Virus record (IMG/VR): IMGVR_UViG_3300035014_000025
Span: 1 to 48,803 of that record
DNA: 48,803 bases
From: a virus
Taxonomy: Duplodnaviria > Caudoviricetes
Direction: 5' to 3' (one strand)
A program made the position numbers and the translations under genes. Under the pieces are notes generated by a model that searched no databases, was not told the DNA's origin, and worked only from the letters and a program-made list of their open reading frames with translations. Position 1 is the stretch's first letter. Each line of letters opens with the position of its first letter. Below are positions 27,107 through 34,906 of the stretch, piece after piece.

Positions 27107-29344
27107 CTATCCGAACACTCCATTGGACAATTCGTCCGCCAAATCGGACACTTCAACGAACGTTTTTTGCATGCGTTTGGCGTCCAGCCGTGTGACTTCG
27201 CGCAGCGTTCCGGCCTTGATCCACTCCGAAATCACCGCCTTAACGCGCGCCCTGTCGGTGTCGTCGCCAACGTCCAGCCGCATTGCTTGCGCGATCGGCA
27301 CGCCAACCCAGGCCTCACCGCTACGCACGTCCCGACGCCATACACCCGCCCGGATCAAGCTCAACGCCACTCCCCTCTCATCGCTAGGCAGGGAGGCCGA
27401 CGCTTCGGGCAGTTCATAGCGCGTCACCACACCGACGCTATCCCCGCCCATCAGCCGATCAACCCCATCGCCAAGCCCGTTACCCAGCGCCACGGACGCC
27501 AGCTGCATCCATTCGGCCCGTTCATCGGCAGGCAGCGCTAGGTTGTTCTTTGCATCGCCAAACCGGAACAGCCGCTTGTGCGAGCCTTCCGCCAACCCCA
27601 GCCGCGAGCATTCGCCCCGCGTCATCTTGGTCAGCGCGCGGGTGCTACGCGACGTGGCGATCAGCGCGCCGGCGCCACGGCTATCCTCCACCGTGATCTC
27701 CGCCCCGTTGAGCTTACGAACATGGTGCACCAGCTCGATAGACGTTCGGGTTGCGTCCGCTATCCTCGCCCATTGCTTGGTCACCAGGTCGATGGCGCCG
27801 TTGTCGTTTTCGCTCACCCGGTGTGACGAAACGAACGGATCGATCTGCACAACATCAAGGCGATTTAGCTTGATCGCGGCAACGAGGGCCGACGCCACGG
27901 GCGCACTGATCCGCACGCCCTCACGCGTTTCGGTCGCCAGTACGATTTCCGTCTCGCGGCCCGTGTCGAGAAACAGCCGGTCGCCGATGTCCTCAGGTGT
28001 CAGCCCGTAGTGCATCATGGCGGCCGCGATGCGGCGTTCCATCTCCTCGCGCGGATCCTCCCCGTTCCACAGCCACACGCGGAATAGCCCGCGCGGCCTC
28101 ACACCCAGCAGAGGCTTGCCCGAGGCCATCGCCAAGGCCTCAACGACCTCCAGGCTCGACTTGCCCACGCCGGAGGGCGCGACCGTCGCCGAGACGAACT
28201 GGCGCACGTAGTGAACCCCGTAGATGAACTGGCGCGGCGCGATGCTGGCTGGGTCGGGGAACGAATAGGGCGTGGCGTTGATCGACGGCCCGGTCTCATC
28301 GCTGCCACCCTTAAGGGCATTTAGCTCGATCTCGGCGAATGGGTTGTCGGGCTCGGCGATCTGCTGGAACCACGCCTCGGCGCGATCGAACGACCCATAG
28401 CTCTCGGCCTGCTCGTAGAGCCACGAGGCGCCGCGCTTGTACGGCCCCTTCATGCGGCGCCAGTCGCCCTCGACGGTGCCGGGCTCGTTCTCGCCCTCCA
28501 CCCAGCGGTCGCACCACTCCGAGAACAACTCGAACGCTTCCTCGGGGTGGTCGGGCAGCGCGGCCTTGATCGCGTAGCCGAACCCCAGATAGGTCTCGCG
28601 GGTCGGGAAGTGGGCCGACGTGTTGGGCGTGGCGTTGACCGCCTTGCGGACGGTCTCCAGATCGCCTTTCAGCACGCCCTGGTCGACATCCTTTCCGCTG
28701 CCTTCCTTGATGACCTTCGAGGCCTCGGGCAGCTTGGCGCGAAGCGCCTCGAGCAGGCCGGTGAAGTCGTCGGGCTTGAAGACGGGCAGCTGGTCGTAGG
28801 GGACGATCTCGCGCGGCCAGGCGTAGGGCTGGCCAGTCTTGGGGTGGATGCCCGCGGCGACGAACTGCCGGCCCTCGGTCAGCAGCTCAACCCGCTCGGT
28901 CCCGAACTCGATGCGCTGATATGGCAGCAGGCCGTCGACGCGGCACACGTAGAGGGCTTTCGGATGGTTGCCGATGCGAACGGGCAGCCGCCCCAGCCGG
29001 GCATCGATCTCGTCGAGGATCAGCTTGGCGTAGTCCTTGTTCAGCGTGTCGGCGTCGATCGCTACCAGCCCGGACCCGGTCTTGACGCCGACGCCGGCGC
29101 CCATGCCCTGCCAGCGGCGCAGATCGTCGCGGTCGGCTTCATACTGCGCCCAATCGAACGACGACCACTTGCCGTCGCGGCCCTTGGTGCCGGGCGTCTT
29201 GCCGCGGCCGTCCTGCTTGGTGCCGACGCGCTTGAAGAGCGTCGAGTGCGGGCTGATCTCCGCCTGCGGAGGCACGATAGGCAGAACACGGTGATAACCC
29301 AGAGCCCAGAAGCGCTCGAAGGCGGAGAGGTCTGTGTCGATCAT
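27107..29344 (-). CDS. Primase-polymerase/PriCT-2/RepA-like AAA helicase fusion
   Basis: LVAIDAD, QFVAAGIHP-TG-PY-W, APSGVGKS Walker A, VVQIDP, LVHHVRK, SRGAGAL. Confidence 0.9.
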   Translation of the reverse strand: MIDTDLSAFERFWALGYHRVLPIVPPQAEISPHSTLFKRVGTKQDGRGKTPGTKGRDGKWSSFDWAQYEADRDDLRRWQGMGAGVGVKTGSGLVAIDADTLNKDYAKLILDEIDARLGRLPVRIGNHPKALYVCRVDGLLPYQRIEFGTERVELLTEGRQFVAAGIHPKTGQPYAWPREIVPYDQLPVFKPDDFTGLLEALRAKLPEASKVIKEGSGKDVDQGVLKGDLETVRKAVNATPNTSAHFPTRETYLGFGYAIKAALPDHPEEAFELFSEWCDRWVEGENEPGTVEGDWRRMKGPYKRGASWLYEQAESYGSFDRAEAWFQQIAEPDNPFAEIELNALKGGSDETGPSINATPYSFPDPASIAPRQFIYGVHYVRQFVSATVAPSGVGKSSLEVVEALAMASGKPLLGVRPRGLFRVWLWNGEDPREEMERRIAAAMMHYGLTPEDIGDRLFLDTGRETEIVLATETREGVRISAPVASALVAAIKLNRLDVVQIDPFVSSHRVSENDNGAIDLVTKQWARIADATRTSIELVHHVRKLNGAEITVEDSRGAGALIATSRSTRALTKMTRGECSRLGLAEGSHKRLFRFGDAKNNLALPADERAEWMQLASVALGNGLGDGVDRLMGGDSVGVVTRYELPEASASLPSDERGVALSLIRAGVWRRDVRSGEAWVGVPIAQAMRLDVGDDTDRARVKAVISEWIKAGTLREVTRLDAKRMQKTFVEVSDLADELSNGVFG

Positions 29345-30306
29345 GCGAAGACATCCACTTCGACCGGCGATAGCCCGAGACGGCGTTTCGCAATGGCGAT
29401 GTAGCCGGGGTTCAGTTCAATGCCGATGGCGTTGCGGCCATGTCGCTGCGCGACGAGGCCGGTCGTGCCGGCGCCGAAGAACGGGTCGAGCACTGTGCCA
29501 CCGGGAGGGCATCCAGCTAGGATGCACGGCTCGATCAGGTCGGGCGGGAAGGTCGCGAAGTGGGCCTCCTTGAACGGCTTGGTCGTGATCGTCCAGACGC
29601 TACGGCGGTTGCGCGTCTCGACGCCGCCTACTGCTTTCATGTTGCCGTTGGTCTTACCGGGTACGCGGACGCTGCCAACTTGCTCAGCCAACGTCGGCTG
29701 TGACAATCGCACTTTGGTGCTCTCAGCGACCGGCTCCTGCATGGCCTGCTTGTCGATGTAGTAATCCGGGCTTTTCGAGAGCAGGAAGATGTACTCGTGC
29801 GCCTTGGTGCAGCGGTCCTGCACGCTCTCCGGCATCGGGTTCGGCTTGTGCCAGATGATGTCCTGCCGGAGATACCAGCCATCGGCCCGCAGCGCCAAGG
29901 CGACGGTCCACGGGATGCCGATCAGGTCTTTCGGCTTCAAGCCTTCCTGGCGGATCGTGCCCGTCTGCCGACCCCGCTTCGGGTGGTTGGCGATCTGGTA
30001 CTTGCTGGTGCGCTGGTCGTTCGTGCTGCTCTCGCGGTGGCCCTGCGCGCCCCAACTGCCGGCGTAACTATCGCCGAGGTTCAGCCACAGCGTGCCGTCA
30101 TCGCGAAGCACTCGCCGCGCTTCACGGAGCACACCGACCAGTGCCTCGACGAACTCATCGGGCGTGGGCTCCAGACCCATCTGACCGGCGACGCCATAGT
30201 CGCGCAGACCGAAGTACGGCGGGCTGGTCACGATGCAGTTGATGGAAGCCGACGGCATGATCTCTAGCACGTCGCGGCAATCGCCGTTGATGATCTCCAC
30301 GCTCAT
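29341..30306 (-). CDS. Orphan amino-DNA methyltransferase, beta class (probably N4-cytosine)
   Basis: TSPPY (motif IV) N-terminal, HFATFP, VLDPFFGAGTT (motif I) C-terminal. Confidence 0.9.
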   Translation of the reverse strand: MSVEIINGDCRDVLEIMPSASINCIVTSPPYFGLRDYGVAGQMGLEPTPDEFVEALVGVLREARRVLRDDGTLWLNLGDSYAGSWGAQGHRESSTNDQRTSKYQIANHPKRGRQTGTIRQEGLKPKDLIGIPWTVALALRADGWYLRQDIIWHKPNPMPESVQDRCTKAHEYIFLLSKSPDYYIDKQAMQEPVAESTKVRLSQPTLAEQVGSVRVPGKTNGNMKAVGGVETRNRRSVWTITTKPFKEAHFATFPPDLIEPCILAGCPPGGTVLDPFFGAGTTGLVAQRHGRNAIGIELNPGYIAIAKRRLGLSPVEVDVFA

Positions 30307-30599
30307 CGTGCGTCACTCCCCTGCCCCATCCGCGCCGCCTTGCGCCGCGCGCTCCACTGCGCCCACGGCTCGGTCAGCCGCTCCTCCGTCCAGAACGATC
30401 GCGTATCGCCGGTCTTCTGCTGGCGGCTCTTCGGTTTCCGCTCGTCCGGTGTCGGCGCGCGACGCAGCGCCCTGGCGATGGAGCCCGCGGTGGTGCCCAG
30501 CTCAGCAGCGGCCGCACGATAGGTCAGCTCGCGTTCATGCACCAGCCGGGCCGCGGCTTCGGTCTGCTCGAGGGCGGATAGTTCTGTCCAGCGGGTCAT
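30303..30599 (-). CDS. Small HTH protein
   Basis: LTYRAAAAELGTTAGSIARALRR helix-turn-helix. Confidence 0.65.
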   Translation of the reverse strand: MTRWTELSALEQTEAAARLVHERELTYRAAAAELGTTAGSIARALRRAPTPDERKPKSRQQKTGDTRSFWTEERLTEPWAQWSARRKAARMGQGSDAR

Positions 30600-30790
30600 T
30601 TGCGGCCCTCCACAGCGGCCTGCGCGCGGCTATCCACCGGATTGAGCAGATCGTTGACGGGACTGTCGAAGGAGAACCAGCCGAACACCCCGAGACGGAT
30701 GCGTTCGTAATGGCGGAGCCGGTGGTAGCGAGGTAGGAAGCGAACCTGCCGCCGGGCTTGCCGGAAGTTCCAGCGCTGTGTCGGGGTCAT
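30596..30790 (-). CDS. Hypothetical protein
   Basis: ATGA-coupled at both ends. Confidence 0.5.
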   Translation of the reverse strand: MTPTQRWNFRQARRQVRFLPRYHRLRHYERIRLGVFGWFSFDSPVNDLLNPVDSRAQAAVEGRK

Positions 30791-31011
30791 TTGCGCACCA
30801 GCACGTCGAGCGCGTTCTGGACCTGACGAGCCATCGTCTCATCCATCGGCACTTGCTCAAGGCCGGGGTAGCGCATGCCGATCAGGTTCTTGGGATCGCT
30901 GCCGAACCGGAGACAGTACTTAGTCCACTCGTAAGTAGCGCGGTCCCTGTAGTCGCTGTCTGTCGGCTGGCCTACAAAATCTTGCGCATCGTCGTGGTCT
31001 TTGGTAGTCAT
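30787..31011 (-). CDS. Hypothetical protein
   Basis: GGAG-CACCGAC-ATG RBS, 74 aa. Confidence 0.6.
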   Translation of the reverse strand: MTTKDHDDAQDFVGQPTDSDYRDRATYEWTKYCLRFGSDPKNLIGMRYPGLEQVPMDETMARQVQNALDVLVRK

Positions 31012-31109
31012 GTCGGTGCTCCGGTTTGGTCGCTGGGGTCTTGTCGGTCAGTCGGGGGCGGTGGGCAGAAATGTCCGCCGCCTTCGATGCTTCGGAGGGC
31101 TACTGTAGA

Positions 31110-31475
31110 TCAGTGCCCGGCGCTGTTGGAAGTGTCTTTCGCCATATCATACTCGATGGCGGACAGCATCGCGTCGAACGCCGGATCGTCGCGGCGGTCT
31201 TCGACGCGGGCCAGCGCATAGCCCAGCGTCCGCTTCTCGACACGGCATCGCCGGATCGTCTCGGCCCGCCCGCCGGTGAAGATCGTCGCGCAGACGTACC
31301 ACCACACGTCGCGGGCTGCCGTCACGTCGCGGATCCGGGATCCCGACAGCACGGTCGAGGCCGGCACCCGCATGGCCTTGCTGACGATCCGCAGCACCAG
31401 CTCCTCGGGCTGCCAGGTCCGCGTGTTCGAGCGGGACCGGTAGCTGGCGACGGCACGGGCATTGGCCGGGGTCAT
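31110..31475 (-). CDS. Stand-alone DnaA domain IV-like HTH protein
   Basis: IVSKAMRVPASTVLSGSRIRDVTAARD-WWY...RTLGYALARVEDRRDDPAFD resembles DnaA C-terminal-domain proteins of alphaproteobacteria. Confidence 0.6.
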   Translation of the reverse strand: MTPANARAVASYRSRSNTRTWQPEELVLRIVSKAMRVPASTVLSGSRIRDVTAARDVWWYVCATIFTGGRAETIRRCRVEKRTLGYALARVEDRRDDPAFDAMLSAIEYDMAKDTSNSAGH

Positions 31476-31601
31476 CTACGCCTTCGCGGACGTAAAGAAG
31501 ATGATGAGCGCGACCGCCACGGCAGTGCCGACGCCCAGCCCGTAGCCTCCCCAGAAAGACCACTCGGTGAGCCAGGGGAATGAGAGGGTGATGCTCATCA
31601 T
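31476..31601 (-). CDS. Small membrane protein (41 aa, not in the ORF track)
   Basis: MMSITLSFPWLTEWSFWGGYGLGVGTAVAVALIIFFTSAKA; fills the gap exactly. Confidence 0.5.
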   Translation of the reverse strand: MMSITLSFPWLTEWSFWGGYGLGVGTAVAVALIIFFTSAKA

Positions 31602-31930
31602 TCGACACCCGTTGGCGGAATGACACGCACATCCACGTCGACGCCCAGCGAAGCACGCAGGGCCTCGGCGGCTGCTTCGGCGTCGATTTTATAGGTCGTG
31701 TCGCCGGGGTCGGCGATTGTCACGGTGGCCTTGAGCTCAGGCGTCTGGAATACCGCTTTGGGTACTCGCAGCTCCATCTTCATCTTGCGCCCGGTTCGCT
31801 CAACGCTGGGTTCGCCTCGACTAAGCTTCATGTCGCCGTCGGGGTAAAGCGTCAGCCAGAAGTGGAAGACGAGGCTTTTGTAGCGGCCCTTGTCGTCCCA
31901 ATCGGCCTCGGTGGTGAAGCGCATGCTCAT
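31598..31930 (-). CDS. Hypothetical protein
   Basis: ATG 31930 via TGATG coupling. Confidence 0.6.
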   Translation of the reverse strand: MSMRFTTEADWDDKGRYKSLVFHFWLTLYPDGDMKLSRGEPSVERTGRKMKMELRVPKAVFQTPELKATVTIADPGDTTYKIDAEAAAEALRASLGVDVDVRVIPPTGVE

Positions 31931-32103
31931 CAGCACACCCCGCCGCGTTGCATGAAGGCGCCGATCATCAGCACCACGACGAGCAGACCGGCGCCGATCG
32001 TCGCCCAGGGAAAGACGCGTGGGCTTTCCAGCCAGAACGCGAAGCGGGCGGTGCCTTCGGCGGCGCGCCAGCCCAGATGCTTGAGAACGTCGATGTAGGC
32101 CAT
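31930..32103 (-). CDS. Small membrane protein (57 aa, not in the ORF track)
   Basis: MAYIDVLKHLGW...GAGLLVVVLMIGAFMQRGGVC; GGAG RBS. Confidence 0.55.
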   Translation of the reverse strand: MAYIDVLKHLGWRAAEGTARFAFWLESPRVFPWATIGAGLLVVVLMIGAFMQRGGVC

Positions 32104-32104
32104 C

Positions 32105-32329
32105 TCAGTTCTCCGTCGCCTTTAGCTCGGCGCCGATGGCGTCGTAGAGCAGCTTCAGCTCGTCGCGCCCGAGCACGGCATAGGCGTTGCTGTTCAGCAC
32201 TTCCTGGAAGTTGAGGACGCTGAAGCAGTACGACGTGCGGTCGTCGCTGACGGCGAAGCCGATCGAACAGCCGAACTCGTTGGGGTCGTGCCGCTCGCCG
32301 CCGTGGGTCATGTAAAGGGTGTTGGCCAT
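32105..32329 (-). CDS. Hypothetical protein
   Basis: AAGGA RBS, 74 aa. Confidence 0.6.
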   Translation of the reverse strand: MANTLYMTHGGERHDPNEFGCSIGFAVSDDRTSYCFSVLNFQEVLNSNAYAVLGRDELKLLYDAIGAELKATEN

Positions 32330-32360
32330 AGTCGCTTTTCCTTGCCGGTCGTTGGTCGGT

Positions 32361-32603
32361 TTAGTCGAAAATGTCGGGCGTCATTGCGGACGCTTCGGGC
32401 TCAGGTTCCTGCGGCAGCGGCCACGGGAAGGCCGCCTCGAGGGCCTCGGCCAGCGTCTTCCCGTCGAAGCGGTAGACCTGCTGGTCGGGAGTGACGAGCT
32501 CCAGCGCCACGCCCCCGACCACCGCGGCCGTGACGTAGAAAGCCACTTCGGGGTGCTGGGCGCGGATCGCGTCGAAGTCAGGCGAAGAGGTCGGGTGCGG
32601 CAT
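32361..32603 (-). CDS. Hypothetical protein
   Basis: GAGG RBS, 80 aa, ends DIFD. Confidence 0.6.
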   Translation of the reverse strand: MPHPTSSPDFDAIRAQHPEVAFYVTAAVVGGVALELVTPDQQVYRFDGKTLAEALEAAFPWPLPQEPEPEASAMTPDIFD

Positions 32604-32799
32604 CGGCCTGCCCTCGCTGTTCGTCGGCCAGGACCAGGTCGCGGATGTCCTTGATCGAGCGCTCGTCCATGAAGTCGAGCAGCACGACCTCGATCAGCTT
32701 GTTGCGGCTGATCCCGGCCTTTCTGGCCGCGGTGTCGACCTTCTTCCGCAGCGACGGCTGCCAACGCAGCGTCGTCGTTTCCGTCTTGGCTTCAGGCAA
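32578..32799 (-). CDS. Ribbon-helix-helix (Arc/CopG-like) regulator
   Basis: TTTLRW-PSLRKKVDTAARKAGISRNKLIE; GGAG RBS, TTG start. Confidence 0.7.
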   Translation of the reverse strand: MPEAKTETTTLRWQPSLRKKVDTAARKAGISRNKLIEVVLLDFMDERSIKDIRDLVLADEQRGQADAAPDLFA

Positions 32800-32814
32800 T
32801 TTTCGTCTCCGCCG

Positions 32815-32876
32815 GGGTTGCGTGTGTCTGATTTGTATGTCAGATGTGTTGCATTAGTCAACAGACAAAACCGACA
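32815..32876 (-). promoter_or_regulatory. Early promoter, copy 2 of the ~60-bp element
   Basis: TGTCGGTTTTGTCTG-TTGACT-N18-TACAAATCAGACACACGCAACCC on minus. Confidence 0.65.
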
Positions 32877-32893
32877 CGACCAAGGAGACAAAA

Positions 32894-33445
32894 ATGGGTG
32901 CCGACATTCACGCTTACGTTGAATACTCGGACTTCAAGACCGCCGACGGCGAGCAATACTGGACCAATTTCACCCGCAACGGTGGCGAACGGAACTACTA
33001 CCTGTTCGGGCTCTTGGCCGGAGTTCGCGGCGAAGAGGCTCCGCTGTTCTCGCCCCGCGGTCTGCCGGATGGTCATTTGGGCTATTGGACCGAGGACGAT
33101 TACTGGCTTCACGTCGCCCCGGCCGACAAGCCCGGCCTCGCCGATAGTGACGGCTGGACGAGCACTGCCAATGCGGAGCGGTGGCTGGAGCGCGGGTACG
33201 TGAAGGCAGACCGACGCGAAGACGGCAGCTTGTCGCGCGTGTCGCATCCCGACTGGCATAGCCATAGCTGGCTGACGGCCGATGAACTCGCGCAGGTGCT
33301 CGACCGGTACGCGAAAGGCGTGCAACGGGTCTGGTCGCAGGAAAAGGCCGACGCCCCGACCGAGTGGAAGGCGGTCCTTGCCGCGATGAGGAGCTTCGAG
33401 GCCGACGGCCACCAGGCGCGCGTCGTGTTCTGGTTCGATAACTGA
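32894..33445 (+). CDS. Conserved phage hypothetical protein (MG-DIH...VFWFDN type)
   Basis: AAGGAG RBS; RNY-LFGLLAGVR, HSHSWLT-DEL, RVVFWFDN. Confidence 0.8.
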   Translation: MGADIHAYVEYSDFKTADGEQYWTNFTRNGGERNYYLFGLLAGVRGEEAPLFSPRGLPDGHLGYWTEDDYWLHVAPADKPGLADSDGWTSTANAERWLERGYVKADRREDGSLSRVSHPDWHSHSWLTADELAQVLDRYAKGVQRVWSQEKADAPTEWKAVLAAMRSFEADGHQARVVFWFDN

Positions 33446-33452
33446 GGCCGCG

Positions 33453-34124
33453 ATGACCGACCTCTACTCCACACTCGGCGTCCCGCCCGACGCTTCGCCC
33501 GCCGAGATCAAGGCGGCCTACAAGCGCAAGGCCAAGGAGACGCACCCGGACGCCGGCGGCGATCCGGCGAGCTTCCAGCAGGTCGCGCTGGCGCACCGCA
33601 TTCTGTCGGACGGCGAGAAGCGCGCCCGCTACGACGAAACGGGCAAGGCCGACGAGGAGGTCGACACACTCGACACCGCCGCGCTTTCGATCATCGGCGG
33701 GTTGGTCGAGGAGATCACCCAGCAGATCGTGCAGCGTGACGATCTCCAGTTCGTCGATCTCGCCAAGCAGATGCGCGATCGGCTGAAGGGTCAGCAGGCG
33801 CGGGCCGAAGAGAACATCGCCGAGGCGAAGAAGTTCGAGAAGAAGGCCGTCGCGCTGCGCAAGCGGTTCAAGGCCAAGGCCAAGAAGGGGCCGGACTACA
33901 TCGGCAACATGCTCGACGGCAAGGTCACGACCTGCCGCAACGCTATCCGTGCCGGCGAAGACCATCTGGCCCGGCTGAAGCGCGCCGCCGAGATACTCGA
34001 CGACGTGGACTACACCGTCGAGCAGCGGCCGGACGCGCCGGAGCAGAGATACGGTTTCGGTTCAAACTCGCTCATGGACCAGATCAGGGCAGCTCAGAAC
34101 AGCACGTTCAGGTGGGACCGATGA
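33453..34124 (+). CDS. J-domain (DnaJ class C) protein
   Basis: DLYSTLGV...EIKAAYKR-AKETHPD...LSD-EKRARYD with intact HPD; coiled-coil C-terminus. Confidence 0.9.
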   Translation: MTDLYSTLGVPPDASPAEIKAAYKRKAKETHPDAGGDPASFQQVALAHRILSDGEKRARYDETGKADEEVDTLDTAALSIIGGLVEEITQQIVQRDDLQFVDLAKQMRDRLKGQQARAEENIAEAKKFEKKAVALRKRFKAKAKKGPDYIGNMLDGKVTTCRNAIRAGEDHLARLKRAAEILDDVDYTVEQRPDAPEQRYGFGSNSLMDQIRAAQNSTFRWDR

Positions 34125-34354
34125 CCGTCGCTTTCCTCGACCGCAGGAACGACCAGTGTTGCACTCCGATGAGCGGCGATCCGGGGCCGCGGATGGAAGT
34201 CTGCGGCGCCCCGGTCAAGCCGGGCACGGTGTACTGCTCGAAGCACTACCATCGGTTCTACGTGCCGGTGACGCGCGGCACCGTGCGCATGGTCAAGGAA
34301 ACCGCGATCCGGTCGGGTCGGAAGCAGCGGATGACGGTGCTATCCGAGGATTGA
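34121..34354 (+). CDS. Stand-alone GcrA C-terminal-like domain
   Basis: FLD-RNDQCCTPMSGDP...CGAPVKPGTVYCSKH follows the GcrA C..P.GDP...CG.P..PG..YC..H pattern; ATGA-coupled. Confidence 0.75.
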   Translation: MTVAFLDRRNDQCCTPMSGDPGPRMEVCGAPVKPGTVYCSKHYHRFYVPVTRGTVRMVKETAIRSGRKQRMTVLSED

Positions 34355-34384
34355 ACAAGTCGGCCTTGTCGGGTATTGTCGGCC
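34351..34384 (+). promoter_or_regulatory. Putative late promoter
   Basis: TTGAAC-N17-TATTGT; shares GGTATTGTCGGCC with the promoter upstream of the tail fibre. Confidence 0.55.
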
Positions 34385-34406
34385 AATATTCCGACGGAGC
34401 GCCGAC

Positions 34407-34715
34407 ATGGCTTACAACGATGGCCGGATCAAGCTGATCGACAACGCGGCGGTCAGCGGCAACGCCGCGGATTGGTCGGGCGGGCGCGGAACGTTCTCGG
34501 TTCCGGCCGGCACGTTCAGCGGCGCCACCGTCAAGCTCCAGTGGAGCCCGGACGACGGCACGACCTGGCTGGATGTGGACCGCAGCGGCGACACCTACGT
34601 GACGCTCACGGCGGCCGGCGGCGGTCTGTTCGATCTGCCGGTCTGCAAGATCAAGGCGGTCGTTTCGGGCGGCCCGCCGAGCGGCATCTACGCCTATGCG
34701 GCGGGCGTTCCGTGA
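34407..34715 (+). CDS. Small beta-rich virion-type protein (possible tail-spike adaptor)
   Basis: GTFSGATVKLQWSPDDGTTWLDV; GGAG RBS. Confidence 0.65.
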   Translation: MAYNDGRIKLIDNAAVSGNAADWSGGRGTFSVPAGTFSGATVKLQWSPDDGTTWLDVDRSGDTYVTLTAAGGGLFDLPVCKIKAVVSGGPPSGIYAYAAGVP

Positions 34716-34906
34716 GCCAATCGCTCGCCCTGACGCGAGGGCTCAGCTCCGGCTTGTCGAAAGCCATCGCCCGGCCTGAGGGCGTGGGGGTGGCCGGCCC
34801 CTATCCTGCGCCGGATGGCTACCACTGGGAATATGTCGCTGAAGACGGCGTGATTAATGCTGAAGACGGCGTGCCGGAAGTCGAACTGATGAGGAACGCC
34901 GCATGA
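34712..34906 (+). CDS. Small hypothetical protein (64 aa)
   Basis: GTG 34712 (GTGA overlap) and ATGA overlap with the next gene. Confidence 0.55.
   Translation: MSQSLALTRGLSSGLSKAIARPEGVGVAGPYPAPDGYHWEYVAEDGVINAEDGVPEVELMRNAA

Noticed and set aside
27107-27125. GGAG-N7-ATA at the primase stop as a fourth non-canonical start
   Set aside because: The resulting short frame runs through the repeat array and has no protein-like character
29341-30306. Methyltransferase as a true CcrM orthologue or part of a restriction-modification system
   Set aside because: SPPY points to a common phage N4-cytosine type rather than CcrM's DPPY; no adjacent restriction enzyme; specificity cannot be read from sequence
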